DNA of 64,000 nucleotides from an uncultured Pseudomonadota bacterium (GCA_963836235.1 CAWIIP010000002.1:1024001-1088000); one strand, 5' to 3'; positions 19,493-29,590 are shown, counted from the stretch's first letter. The notes: generated from the sequence alone by a model not told the origin. Numbers and translations are program-made.

Positions 19493-20418
19493 TCTTTTTC
19501 CTCCGAGAAGCGCCGCCCTGTTTTATGGATAAAGACGTCTTCCAAGGTGGGCAGTCCCAGCGTGAGTGAAAGAACCTGGTCGGAAAAAGCTTCCATGAGC
19601 GGCGGTACCAGCTGGTAGGCCCTGGGCTGTTCCACCTGGATAAGCCCGGCCACCAGGAGGGCCTTCACTTTCAATTTGTCGGAAAGGGCGGTCATTAAGG
19701 ATTCCGGATTCTTCGCCCGGATGCGCAGTACTTCCCCGCCGATTTCGGCTTTCAGTTCTTCCGGTTTTCCTAGCGCGACTTTCTTTCCCTGGTCGAGGAT
19801 TAGAAGCCGGTCGCATCGGTCGGCTTCTTCTAAATAGTGAGTGGTTACCAGGACCGTCATACCCTGGCTTTTTCGGAGGGTTTCGAGTTGGCCCCAAAAA
19901 TCCTTTCGGGCCGCAGGGTCTAGGCCCGTGGAAGGCTCGTCCAAGATCATCAGCTCGGGGTCGTTGAGCAGGGCCTTGGCCAATTCAACCCGCCGTTGCA
20001 ATCCCCCGGAAAGGGTTTTTACCCGGTCTTTCGAACGGTCCTTCAGGCCCAAGCGTTCCAGGTCCCGGTCGATGCGCCGATCCAGTTCCTTGCCTGAGAG
20101 CCCGTAAAGATGGCCTTGGTGCGCGAGGTTTTCCCTCACCTTCAGCATTTTGTCCAGGGCGGGTAGTTGGAAGACGATCCCCATCTTGCGGCGGATGGCG
20201 ATCAAATCCTTGGCCAAATCCATCCCGAACATCTTCACTTGGCCGGGTCGGCAGGCAAAGAGCGTGGAGAGGACTTTGAAAGTCGTAGTCTTTCCCCCGC
20301 CGTTGGGGCCGAGGAACCCAAAGATTTCACCCTTTCCCACAGTAAAGCTCAATCCGTCGAGCGCGGTTTTGGAACCGTATTGGTAAGTGAGATTGTCGAC
20401 TTCTAGGACATTTTCCAA
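19489..20418 (-). CDS. ABC transporter ATP-binding protein (DrrA-like)
   Basis: GPNGGGKTT Walker A, LSGG, ILDEP, TLEDVF. Confidence 0.95.
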   Translation of the reverse strand: MENVLEVDNLTYQYGSKTALDGLSFTVGKGEIFGFLGPNGGGKTTTFKVLSTLFACRPGQVKMFGMDLAKDLIAIRRKMGIVFQLPALDKMLKVRENLAHQGHLYGLSGKELDRRIDRDLERLGLKDRSKDRVKTLSGGLQRRVELAKALLNDPELMILDEPSTGLDPAARKDFWGQLETLRKSQGMTVLVTTHYLEEADRCDRLLILDQGKKVALGKPEELKAEIGGEVLRIRAKNPESLMTALSDKLKVKALLVAGLIQVEQPRAYQLVPPLMEAFSDQVLSLTLGLPTLEDVFIHKTGRRFSEEKE

Positions 20419-20447
20419 AGGAGGACTTTCTTTTTTAAACTCAAAAC

Positions 20448-21344
20448 TTATGATTTATCCAACACCATCACGATGAAGAGAATCGGCAAGTAAGTGATCG
20501 AGAACCAAAAAAGCCCCTTGGCGTAATGAAGGCTTTTGTGCCAGGCGAGCAATCCGCTGTAAAAAAGGAAAGCTAAACTTAACACAAGGGCTATCCAAAA
20601 ATAAACGGGCCCGGTCATATGAAGCGCGGCAGGCAGCAGGGATGCGGGCAGAAGGGCGGCTGAATAAAGCACCGCCATGAGCCCCGTGGAGCCGCCTTTC
20701 GGGTCGATGACCGCCAGCATAGGAAATCCGCCCCGGGCGTAATCCTCCCGGTAAATCCAGCCGATGGCGAGGAAATGGGGCATTTGCCAGAGAAAGAGAA
20801 TGGAAAAGAGAACCCACCCATCCGGGCCTACGTGGTTTTGGGCCGCGGCCCAACCCATCATGGGGGGGATGGCCCCGGGGATGGCCCCCACGACCGTGCA
20901 AAGGGAGGTGATTCGTTTCAAAGGGGTGTAGAGAACCAGGTAGCTGAAAAGGGCGGCGAGCCCCAGGAAGGCGGTCAGCTCGTTGACGGTGAAAAAAAGA
21001 ATGAGGACGCCCGTCACGGAGAGTCCCAGGCCGTACCAAAAAGCGTGGGAGCTTTTCACCCGGCCCGCGGGGATGGGTCTTTTGCGGGTGCGTGTCATTT
21101 TACGGTCCTGCTCGACCTCGAACCATTGGTTCAAGGTGCCGCATCCGGCGGCCACGGCGGTGGTTCCCAACAAGGAAAGCAGCATCAGACCCCAGTTGAA
21201 AGGACGAGCGCAGCCCATGTAAAAACCCGCCAGGGTGGTTAAGAGGGCAAGTGAATTGAGTCGGGGTTTAGTGAGGGTGATGTAATCCCGGAGATTTTTC
21301 AAGAACCAACCTCTTGGGCCGCAAATTCGCGCGAATAAGCGCAA
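20448..21344 (-). CDS. ctaB: Heme O synthase (protoheme IX farnesyltransferase)
   Basis: LTKPR, D.KM.RT.KRP, YTPLKR, WQMPHF, DY..GG.PM. True start may be TTG near 21302. Confidence 0.95.
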   Translation of the reverse strand: MRLFARICGPRGWFLKNLRDYITLTKPRLNSLALLTTLAGFYMGCARPFNWGLMLLSLLGTTAVAAGCGTLNQWFEVEQDRKMTRTRKRPIPAGRVKSSHAFWYGLGLSVTGVLILFFTVNELTAFLGLAALFSYLVLYTPLKRITSLCTVVGAIPGAIPPMMGWAAAQNHVGPDGWVLFSILFLWQMPHFLAIGWIYREDYARGGFPMLAVIDPKGGSTGLMAVLYSAALLPASLLPAALHMTGPVYFWIALVLSLAFLFYSGLLAWHKSLHYAKGLFWFSITYLPILFIVMVLDKS

Positions 21345-21445
21345 ATAGGTAAAGAACGGAAAAAAGAAGCAAAATTCTCTATCGTCTTCCTATTTTTCAA
21401 ATCCATCGGGCTTTTCCTTTTAGGTTCAACTGCGTAAATTTGCGG

Positions 21446-22375
21446 CTAAGTTTTTTTAAAAAGATGAAAACTGTTCAAGGTCAAAACCAGCATGGAAGCC
21501 AGCGTGGCGGCACCCACGATGACGTGCACCGAAGTGGGTACGATGGCCTTTTGAGTGACGATGATGGCTATTCCCAGGAAACATTGGAGCCAAACCAGAA
21601 ACCCCGCCGCCGCCGCGGGGATGAACAATCCCTTTTCCTCGGGAAAGTGTATGCAGACGCGGTAGGCCGTGTGGGCGACGAACAAAAGAACGGCGAAGGC
21701 GCCGATACGGGTGTGGCTGAATTGAAGGGCGACCCGGGCGGACCAATCGGGGGGCAAAATCTGCCCGAAGGAAAGGGGAAAGTCCGGAATGGCCAGGCCC
21801 GACCCGCTGTGCCGGGTGACGGCGCCGATAACGATTTGCAGATAGACCAGGGCAGTGGTCCATGCGGTCCAGGGCCGGATAGGAGAAGGCCGGTCGGTCA
21901 GGCGGTGGGGTTGTTCCTCTATCCAGCCCTTTGAAGTCACCAAAGCGAGGGTGACGATGAGACAAAAGAAAATCTGGGCCAGCCCCGCGTGGGCCACCGA
22001 AACCTGGGTCGGCAGGTGCAGAAGAACCGTGACCCCGCCCAAAACCGCCTGAAGAAGAATGGCGCCCATGGCGCCCCAAGCCAAGCGCTTAACCCAAGAA
22101 CGTTCCTCGACCTTTTGAACCGTGATTGCCAACCCCAGCATCAGACAGGACACGGTTCCGGCTACCAGCCGGTGCCCATGCTCGAAAAGGACCCCTCCGG
22201 TCATGTGGGGAAAAAGGGTGCCGAAGGAAAGCGGCCAGTCCGGGACCGCCAGGCTGGAGCCTGTGCTGGTCACCAACGCCCCTGCCAAAAGCAGGACGAA
22301 GGTACAGCCAGCCGTCACCAGGGCGAAACGGTGCAGGCCCGGATGGTAGGTGGCTTTCGGTTCGTTGGAATTCAT
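21446..22375 (-). CDS. ctaA: Heme A synthase (COX15/CtaA family)
   Basis: G.LVTST.S.LA.PDWP, EHGHR, further conserved His residues in TM helices. Confidence 0.9.
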   Translation of the reverse strand: MNSNEPKATYHPGLHRFALVTAGCTFVLLLAGALVTSTGSSLAVPDWPLSFGTLFPHMTGGVLFEHGHRLVAGTVSCLMLGLAITVQKVEERSWVKRLAWGAMGAILLQAVLGGVTVLLHLPTQVSVAHAGLAQIFFCLIVTLALVTSKGWIEEQPHRLTDRPSPIRPWTAWTTALVYLQIVIGAVTRHSGSGLAIPDFPLSFGQILPPDWSARVALQFSHTRIGAFAVLLFVAHTAYRVCIHFPEEKGLFIPAAAAGFLVWLQCFLGIAIIVTQKAIVPTSVHVIVGAATLASMLVLTLNSFHLFKKT

Positions 22376-22384
22376 TTCGGCCTC

Positions 22385-22418
22385 AAAAAATAAAGGCCCC
22401 GGGAAGGGTCCCGGGGCC
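22385..22418 (-). terminator. Intrinsic terminator
   Basis: GGCCCCGGGA-aggg-TCCCGGGGCC (22395-22418) followed on the minus strand by TTTATTTTTT. Confidence 0.8.
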
Positions 22419-22448
22419 AGGATGAATCAAGCTGTTGTGATTCGAAAC

Positions 22449-23237
22449 TTACTGGGCGGTGAAGGTGAAATTAACGCTTTGGGCTTCCCCGTCCTTGATC
22501 GTCACTTGTTGCGGCTGGGACTCCCCGTATTTCTCATGGACCGCCACCAGGCTGTAGGTACCCGCAGGCAATTGGGAAATCTTAAAAGTCCCGTCCGTGC
22601 CCGAAATGCTATAGAAGGGATTGGTGACCACACCAGCCACGCAATGCATCCAGCCGTGGACGTCGCATTTGAACTTCACCAAAACCTCAGGTTTCGTGAA
22701 TTTCTTCTCGGAGATCATGTTTTGGGTGGGCTGGCCCACGTTGAAGGGATCATTGACGACAGCCATGCAATGCACATTGTGCAGGGTGGGATCGCCGTTC
22801 ATGATGTCCAGGGGCTGGTTCACTTGGATGCCGAAGATATGCGGGCTATACATACAGCCCTTTTGGAGAAGGGTAACCGGCGTGGTGGGAGCCGAATAGC
22901 TTCCGGCGCCATCCTTGACGTAAACGAACACGTTGGCCAAGTCACCCTTATCGTCGGCGATGACCGTTTCATCTTTGCCCGAAGTGGCGTGCTGGGATTT
23001 GCAAACCGGGTCGGCATCGTAAGAAATGATGGCCGCGTTGGGGGCTTTACCGCTCAAGGTTACTTTTCCCGAAATGCTGGCGGTTCCCATGGCTCCAGCC
23101 GAAGCCGAAGAAGCTGCGCCCGATCCTCCGCCGCTGGCCGCCTTACCGAAATCATCGCTGTCGTCGCTGTTACCGCACCCGGCCAGGGTCAACAAACCTG
23201 CCATCGTCAAGAAGGCCAAGACTTTTCTTAAATCCAT
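22449..23237 (-). CDS. Lipoprotein with cupredoxin-like and carboxypeptidase-regulatory-like domains
   Basis: LAGC lipobox; HNVH and CDVHGWM putative type-1 Cu ligands. Confidence 0.8.
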   Translation of the reverse strand: MDLRKVLAFLTMAGLLTLAGCGNSDDSDDFGKAASGGGSGAASSASAGAMGTASISGKVTLSGKAPNAAIISYDADPVCKSQHATSGKDETVIADDKGDLANVFVYVKDGAGSYSAPTTPVTLLQKGCMYSPHIFGIQVNQPLDIMNGDPTLHNVHCMAVVNDPFNVGQPTQNMISEKKFTKPEVLVKFKCDVHGWMHCVAGVVTNPFYSISGTDGTFKISQLPAGTYSLVAVHEKYGESQPQQVTIKDGEAQSVNFTFTAQ

Positions 23238-23366
23238 CGCGCTACTCCTTCGCTTTTTAAAGTGGTTTTAATGAAGGTCGCCCTTTCGGGTTTCCTCAGG
23301 TGTCGCGTTCTTCAACCGGGCTATTACCTTATTCGGGTCTGAACCCCGAAATCAAGGCCGCAAAAA

Positions 23367-26201
23367 TCAGTTCGTCTCCCCTTTTCCCAGCATAAAGAGG
23401 TAATCCCGCAAGGCTTCGCGTTGTTTCAGGCTGTCGCCTCCGAAAGCCTTGGCGTCAGGCGCGGGCTGGTCCGCCGGCCAGAAGCCGGGCATATGGGTTC
23501 CGGGCTGCAGCGCGTCGGGATTCTTCAGCCATTCCGGTATCCAATCCGGCTTCAGGCGCTCGTGCACCTGTAACAAGTCAGGAGCCGCCGAATTAAGGTC
23601 CATGGGCATTTTGGTTCCCAACACATGGCACTTTTGGCACTGGAGCTTGGCGAAGAGGGCGTGAGCCTGGGTAAGGTCCTCCCCCTTCAGTTTGCGGGTG
23701 GCAACACTGGGGAAGGGGAACACCTGGTCGTCCTTCAGGTTGAAATAGGTGATGACATCGCTGACCTTATCGGGGGTCCAGGGGAAGCTGGGCATGCGGA
23801 TATGCAGCCAGGGCCGGATGGGATGGACGCCCGTCAGGAAATTGTGGAACCAGTCAATTTGGATCTTGGAACCTTCTTTGCGGAGGTTCGGCGGGGCCAT
23901 GGACAAGTCGACGCCTTCCTTCTCGTACATTTCGCGGATTTTGCCGCCCTGGTCCTCGATCAAATGGCAGCCACGGCAGTTGAAATTGGCGATGACACGC
24001 CGTCCCTTTTCGAGGATCGGGCCGTTGCCTTCGATGCCCGCTGTCATGTCGTCGGGAATATAGGTTTGGGTGAGACCCAGGACGGCCGTCATGATGGCCT
24101 CCCGGTCGTCGTCGCTCAGGTAGAAATTAGGCATCTTCAGCAGGTCACGGAAGGCCTGGACGGGGACCTTGTCCTTGTCATAGACCCGTGGATTCTTCAG
24201 CTTGGCCGCCAGGAAGCCCTCGTGGGTATGGGAAATTTCCGCCGGATCGGTAAAGCCGAAATCCAACTGGCTGACGCGCTTGGTGCCCCAGGTAGTCAGC
24301 TCGGTGCCGATACCGGGGGCGGTCTCGAAACCCTTGATCATATGGCAGGCGAAACAGGCGTACTTGTTGAGGGTCTTTTCACCCAAGTACATCTGTTTGG
24401 AGGTTTCATCCATCGCCAGCAGTTGGGCGTTGGCCGCCCCTTGGCCCACCTGGGGAGTCAGGTAATCCACGATCAGCCAGTCCCGGACGGCGGGATCGAA
24501 GTCGGGTGGGGCCGCGTCCTCGAATTCCTTGTTGCGCTTGGACATGAGGTAGGCCGTAATGTCGGAGGCCTCTTTGTCGGAGAGCCGCAGTGAAGGCATA
24601 CGGCTGTCGGGGTTGAAGTGCTGGGGATTCTTGATCCAGGAATAAATGAAAGGCGCGGTGAGCTTGCTGCCAATGGAGGAAAGGTCCGGCGCGAAATCCG
24701 CGTGATGGCTGGTGACGTCGTCGATGCCGTGGCAGGCCAGGCAACCCACGTCATGGAAGAGTTTCTTTCCTTCCGACACGCTCCCATACCCGGGCGCCAG
24801 GTTGGGGCTATAGTCCTCCGACTTACTGTAAATATAATCCACCAGCGCGTTTAGTTCGGCCTTGTTCTTGGCCATGATATCGGAGTCCGAATTGTTCGAT
24901 TGGTGGAAGAAACTGGGCATCTTGGCCGCCGCGTTGTAGGCCTTGGGGTCCCAGACCCACTTGAGAACGAAATCCTTCTTCAGCTTGCCCTTCACCTTGT
25001 ACAGCATGGGCCCGGCTTTGGTGAGGCCTTCCAAGTTTTTGACCTTGTGGCAGCCCACGCAGCCCCGGGTGACCATCAGTTCCCTTCCCCGGTTGAGCTT
25101 GGGGGCGAAATTGACCTGTTCCTGGGTGCCGTGGCACTTCAGGCAGGCTCCCTCGGTGAACTTTAAGGGGAGCATCACGCTTTGGACGGCTTCCGGTTCT
25201 TTCCAGTTATATTTTTTCTTCCAGAGCTTGGCTTCTTCCTCGTCGTTGGGAACGTGGGCGCAGGTATTGAAGGTCAGCGAAGGGCCCATGCCGCCGTGGC
25301 AGATGGTACAGCCCACCTTGTCCATCGGGTGGGGGCTAGTGGAACCCACGTAAAGTTCTAAGTGGGGATGGGACATGAAAACCTTGGGAATGCCGGGGTA
25401 ATGCTCTTCGTCGAAATCCTTCTTGTCGATGCCCTGATGGCAGGTCATGCAGCGGTCCACCCTCATGGTCCGGGCGAAATAGAGGTCTTCCGGGAGATTC
25501 TTCAGGACCACCTGCTGGATCTGGATAGTCGGCGACATGAAATCCAGCAGCATGGCGTTGCGGAAATAAAAGAGGAAGTTGAACGAAAGGCTTTGGATCT
25601 TTTTCTTCAGGGAATCATAATCAGTCGTCATTTTCGTGATCTTGGCCTGGACCGCGTCCCTTTGGGCGGTGATGTCGGTGACCTGCTTGGCGGCGGCGTC
25701 CCGGTCCTGTTGCAGGAGGAAAAGCTCCTGGGTGTAGCCAGCGGCCCCATCGATCTCGTCGTCCAGATGTTTCTTGAAGTTGTCCTCGTTCTTGCCGTTC
25801 TTGAGCCCTTCCGAATAGGCGTACTTGTCCGCGTCAACGTTGGCTTTCAACATCTGATACTGGGATTTTTTACTATATATCTTCGCGTCAAGCGACGCTT
25901 CTTTGGAAGCCAGTTCGTTCAGCGTGTCCTTATGGGATTTCAGGTCCGCATTGGCTTCCTTGAGGTCGGCCTTGAGCTGTTTGTATTGGTCCACGTCAAC
26001 CTGGGACGCCACCTCGTTCTTTTCAATAACGTCGTAGTGTCTTTGGAACCGCATGAACCGGCGCTCGTAGTTTTTCCAGTCGCGGTGGTAATCGAAATAA
26101 GCCATCAGCATCACGCAAACCAGTAGCACCAGGCTAGAGCCCAAGAACCACTGGGTCAGGGTTTTGCTGTTGTAGGCTCTCTCGTCTTTAAAATCCGCCA
26201 A
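23367..26201 (-). CDS. Membrane-anchored multiheme cytochrome c (8 CxxCH) with coiled-coil region
   Basis: CMTCH, CTICH, CLKCH, CVGCH, CLACH, CFACH, CRGCH, CQKCH; N-terminal TM then a long helical segment. Confidence 0.92.
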   Translation of the reverse strand: MADFKDERAYNSKTLTQWFLGSSLVLLVCVMLMAYFDYHRDWKNYERRFMRFQRHYDVIEKNEVASQVDVDQYKQLKADLKEANADLKSHKDTLNELASKEASLDAKIYSKKSQYQMLKANVDADKYAYSEGLKNGKNEDNFKKHLDDEIDGAAGYTQELFLLQQDRDAAAKQVTDITAQRDAVQAKITKMTTDYDSLKKKIQSLSFNFLFYFRNAMLLDFMSPTIQIQQVVLKNLPEDLYFARTMRVDRCMTCHQGIDKKDFDEEHYPGIPKVFMSHPHLELYVGSTSPHPMDKVGCTICHGGMGPSLTFNTCAHVPNDEEEAKLWKKKYNWKEPEAVQSVMLPLKFTEGACLKCHGTQEQVNFAPKLNRGRELMVTRGCVGCHKVKNLEGLTKAGPMLYKVKGKLKKDFVLKWVWDPKAYNAAAKMPSFFHQSNNSDSDIMAKNKAELNALVDYIYSKSEDYSPNLAPGYGSVSEGKKLFHDVGCLACHGIDDVTSHHADFAPDLSSIGSKLTAPFIYSWIKNPQHFNPDSRMPSLRLSDKEASDITAYLMSKRNKEFEDAAPPDFDPAVRDWLIVDYLTPQVGQGAANAQLLAMDETSKQMYLGEKTLNKYACFACHMIKGFETAPGIGTELTTWGTKRVSQLDFGFTDPAEISHTHEGFLAAKLKNPRVYDKDKVPVQAFRDLLKMPNFYLSDDDREAIMTAVLGLTQTYIPDDMTAGIEGNGPILEKGRRVIANFNCRGCHLIEDQGGKIREMYEKEGVDLSMAPPNLRKEGSKIQIDWFHNFLTGVHPIRPWLHIRMPSFPWTPDKVSDVITYFNLKDDQVFPFPSVATRKLKGEDLTQAHALFAKLQCQKCHVLGTKMPMDLNSAAPDLLQVHERLKPDWIPEWLKNPDALQPGTHMPGFWPADQPAPDAKAFGGDSLKQREALRDYLFMLGKGETN

Positions 26202-26216
26202 GTTGTTATCCTTACC

Positions 26217-27311
26217 TTAGATATTGAAGAAGAATTCCGGTATCCCGACGATGTACTTCAGGTTAAAGGCCCACCGCAACAGCATCTTGATGGGAAGGGC
26301 CGCCATCAGGATCATCAGGTTGAGCAGCACCCCATAACGCACGATCCCCAACTTCTCCAGCAATCCGCTGAGATAGGGAATTTTTTTCGTCAGGAGCGGC
26401 GGCAAGGCAATGAAATAAAAACCCAGGACTAAAAAGCCGGGGAGTTCCCGGATCAGGATATTCTTCGGCAGGCCCATCCCGGTGAACCCCAGCCACTTGA
26501 CCCAGAAATACTCGCTCAAGTTGACGTTGTTCAAAACTAGGACCTTGTGGGGATCCCAATCCTCGAAAGGCCCAAAGAAGTTCCAGCCCGGGCCCCGCAG
26601 GAAGGTTCCCAGGAAGATCAAGGTGACCCACAAGATCAGGAAGCCGAAGAGGAAAGGAATGATGGCGAACTTTCTTTCGTTGAAGGTGTAATAACCGGCG
26701 CCCTTGGGGTTCTTGTCGATATAGGGAATGGCCATGAGCCCCACGATAATGAGAGTCGGAAACACCACGCCCGCCAGCCAGGGATCGTAATAAACCAGCA
26801 TTTCTTGCAATCCCAAAAAGTACCAGGGCGCTTTGGAGGGATTGGGCGTCCAAGCGGGGGTAGCCGCCTCTTCCAAGGGAGCGTGCAGGCAGAGGGACCA
26901 AACTAGCAGCGCCACGCCCGCCACGATGGTGGCGATGAACTCGATGAACACCAAGTCGGGCCAAACATAGACCTTTTTGTCGGAGGTTTCCTTTTCCACG
27001 GGCGGCTGGCCCTGGGCCAAGCGCCGGTCGTTCACGACCCCCTGGCGGAAGGAAAGCCATGTGAAGAACCCGACGGAAAAAACCATGATGAAGATGGGGA
27101 CGTTGTCCGGCTTGGTGGAAATGTCCCGGAAATGGTCGTTGAACATGGCCAATCCCAGGGCCACCAGCACTCCCCCCAACAGCTTCAGGGCGAACTTGGG
27201 TTCGGTCCATCTGTCGCGGAAATGGATCATGGCCACGAAGCCGATCACGGAACCGAAAAAGTAGGTGACCGGGCTGAAAAGGGCGTTGATGAAATGGACG
27301 ATGAATTGCAT
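26217..27311 (-). CDS. Cytochrome b C-terminal / subunit IV-like protein
   Basis: P.PSKAPWYFLGLQE (PEWY-equivalent loop), multi-TM, directly follows the cyt b gene. Confidence 0.85.
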   Translation of the reverse strand: MQFIVHFINALFSPVTYFFGSVIGFVAMIHFRDRWTEPKFALKLLGGVLVALGLAMFNDHFRDISTKPDNVPIFIMVFSVGFFTWLSFRQGVVNDRRLAQGQPPVEKETSDKKVYVWPDLVFIEFIATIVAGVALLVWSLCLHAPLEEAATPAWTPNPSKAPWYFLGLQEMLVYYDPWLAGVVFPTLIIVGLMAIPYIDKNPKGAGYYTFNERKFAIIPFLFGFLILWVTLIFLGTFLRGPGWNFFGPFEDWDPHKVLVLNNVNLSEYFWVKWLGFTGMGLPKNILIRELPGFLVLGFYFIALPPLLTKKIPYLSGLLEKLGIVRYGVLLNLMILMAALPIKMLLRWAFNLKYIVGIPEFFFNI

Positions 27312-27329
27312 GGTTCCTCTTTTAAAAGA

Positions 27330-28160
27330 TTAGAGCGGCCCGGAAATTCCACCGTCTTTGCGCACCCGCCAGAAATGGATGGCCATCAGGGTGGCGGCGA
27401 CGATCGGGATAAACACGCAGTGAAGCACGTAAAAACGCAACAGGGTCGGTTCCCCGACGAAGTGGCCACCCAAAAGGGCAAAATGGATGTCGGAACCTCC
27501 ATGGACCAATTTGACCCCCCCGATCTGGATGAGGGAAGCGCCCGGGCCTTCATAACCCATGAAGGGTGTGGCGCGAGCCATGTTGGTCCCCACCGTAATG
27601 GCCCACATGGCCAACTGGTCCCAGGGCAAAAGGTAACCGGTAAAGGAAAGAAGCAGGGTCAGGAGGAGGAGAACCACCCCGATGACCCAGTTGAACTCAC
27701 GGGGCGGTTTGTAGGAACCGGTCATGAAAACCCGGAACATATGGAGCCAAACGGCGATGACCATGGCGTGGGCGGCCCAGCGGTGCAATTCACGCATGAT
27801 TCCCAAGGGCACATGCTCCCGCAAGGCCACAATGTCGTAATAGGCGTACTCGGCCGTGGGGCGGTAATAAAACATAAGCAATACACCCGTTACCGTTAGA
27901 TTCAAGAACAGGAAAAAAGACAACCCGCCCATACACCAGGTGTAGCTCATCTTGACGCCGGAGTGGCGAGCCTTGACAGGATGTAAGTGCAAGAAAACAT
28001 TCGAAAGAACCGCCATGATCCGGTTGCGGGGCGTATCGGGATAACCGTGGCGGAAGATGGATTTCCAGATTTGGCCTTCGGCGATGGCTTTCTTAACGGC
28101 TTCCGGCGAGGGCCGGTTTTCCATCGATTGTTTGATCGTTTTTTTCAAATCATCCAGCAT
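27330..28160 (-). CDS. Cytochrome b6-like N-terminal subunit
   Basis: H-x13-H ([15 protein letters not shown]) and H-x14-H heme ligands, [15 protein letters not shown]-terminal GISGPL. Confidence 0.93.
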   Translation of the reverse strand: MLDDLKKTIKQSMENRPSPEAVKKAIAEGQIWKSIFRHGYPDTPRNRIMAVLSNVFLHLHPVKARHSGVKMSYTWCMGGLSFFLFLNLTVTGVLLMFYYRPTAEYAYYDIVALREHVPLGIMRELHRWAAHAMVIAVWLHMFRVFMTGSYKPPREFNWVIGVVLLLLTLLLSFTGYLLPWDQLAMWAITVGTNMARATPFMGYEGPGASLIQIGGVKLVHGGSDIHFALLGGHFVGEPTLLRFYVLHCVFIPIVAATLMAIHFWRVRKDGGISGPL

Positions 28161-28193
28161 TTCTTCTCTCTCCTTCTTTGTTCAACAGCAAAA

Positions 28194-29225
28194 CTAAGCT
28201 TTATAATCCAAAAAGGATCCTGGTAGGCCCCATTGACCCAACTCAGATTGAAACTTGACGCTCTCATCAACCTCAATCTGCCCGTCATCCGCCAAGGTGA
28301 TTTGGAACCGCTCCAGGGGACGCGGGGCGGGCCCTTCAAAGTTCACGCCCGTAATGTAATAGCCGCTCCCGTGGCAGGGGCATTTGAATTTTTGTTCCGC
28401 CTGGAGCCAGTTGGGAGTACAGCCCAAATGGGTGCAGATGGTGGAAAGGGCGTAAAAACCCTGGTCGTTTCGGACGATCCAAACCCGATGAGCATCCTTA
28501 TAACGCTCATCTACGCCCGGATTGTAGGTGACCGGGAAGCCCGCTTTGAATTTGAGGGGCGGCTCAAAAGTGACGTTAGGAAAAGCGAATCGGAGCATCG
28601 TGCTAAGAGCACCCAAGCTGGCCGCCGTAAAGGCCACCCAGGCCCAGCCTAATAAGGAAAGAAAGGAACGGCGTGTAACTCCGGAACCAAGGGAAATTTC
28701 CCCGGAAACTTCGCTGTGCGAAAGGCTTCCGGCCTTATGCCGGAACAATTCCGCAACGGTTAGATAAAGAAGATAAAGGACAACCAGGACGAAGGCGAAA
28801 ACGGCCGAAGTAATGACCATCTGCGCAATAGTTTTGGACGCAGACATATCCATTCCGGTATTAGCGAACAAAAAGGCGAAAAACAACAGAGCCACGCCCG
28901 TTGCGGCAAATAGAGTTCCGAGGAGGAAGGCCAGGGAAAAAGCCGTTTCTCCTGCCGGTTTAGACTCGGAATGACCATGGGCCTCAGCTTCTTTTTTGGC
29001 TTGACGGTATTCTTTGAAGGTTTTAAGGAGGAAAGTCCCGGTCAGGAAAGCCACGTAAGCGAAGAGACCCAGGGCCAAGGTTACCCCCAAGGTGATGATC
29101 GTCGAACTGGCGGAGGCAGGGTCCGAAAGGGGTGCGTCATCGGCGAAAAGGGGCTTTTCCGAAAATCCGAAAAATATCAGGGGAAAAAGAAAAAAACGGT
29201 ATCGATGGACCCAGCTTGAAGTCAT
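28194..29225 (-). CDS. Rieske Fe-S protein with polytopic N-terminal extension
   Basis: CTHLGC and CPCHGS; internal TRRSFL Tat motif preceded by three extra hydrophobic helices. Confidence 0.92.
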   Translation of the reverse strand: MTSSWVHRYRFFLFPLIFFGFSEKPLFADDAPLSDPASASSTIITLGVTLALGLFAYVAFLTGTFLLKTFKEYRQAKKEAEAHGHSESKPAGETAFSLAFLLGTLFAATGVALLFFAFLFANTGMDMSASKTIAQMVITSAVFAFVLVVLYLLYLTVAELFRHKAGSLSHSEVSGEISLGSGVTRRSFLSLLGWAWVAFTAASLGALSTMLRFAFPNVTFEPPLKFKAGFPVTYNPGVDERYKDAHRVWIVRNDQGFYALSTICTHLGCTPNWLQAEQKFKCPCHGSGYYITGVNFEGPAPRPLERFQITLADDGQIEVDESVKFQSELGQWGLPGSFLDYKA

Positions 29226-29268
29226 TCAAAAACTCCGGTAATTCTTTTAGGAGGATTGGAACTCTCGC

Positions 29269-29293
29269 AAAAAAAATCCACCCTTCGGGTGGA
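29269..29293 (-). terminator. Terminator-like hairpin upstream of the Rieske gene
   Basis: Minus strand TCCACCC-GAA-GGGTGGA followed by T8. Confidence 0.7.
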
Positions 29294-29327
29294 GTGAAGA
29301 GACGATAAGACTCGAAAAACAGAGCGT

Positions 29328-29357
29328 ATTTTAGACGAGGTGTTTTTAGAGTGTCAA
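29328..29357 (-). promoter_or_regulatory. Sigma70-like promoter
   Basis: Minus strand TTGACA-N18-TAAAAT. Confidence 0.6.
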
Positions 29358-29590
29358 GGAGATAGAAAGCTTGGCGGTGTCCTAATTTGACTCTTTTTCA
29401 AACAGTTTCACGTTAGTTTTTTGGGGAACAAAACAACATGAATTTTATGCGTGACAAAGTTAATTTGCGGGCTCTGAAATTCCAAATGAATATCCACGCT
29501 CGTGACGAGCATAGAATTTCGTGAAATTTTTTCGGAGATGGACCAGAATTTTAAACCACTAACCGTTGATAACCTTACAACTTATGAAAG

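Noticed and set aside
29386-29402. TTTGA-N7-TCAAA as an FNR box
   Set aside because: Spacing does not fit the TTGAT-N4-ATCAA consensus.
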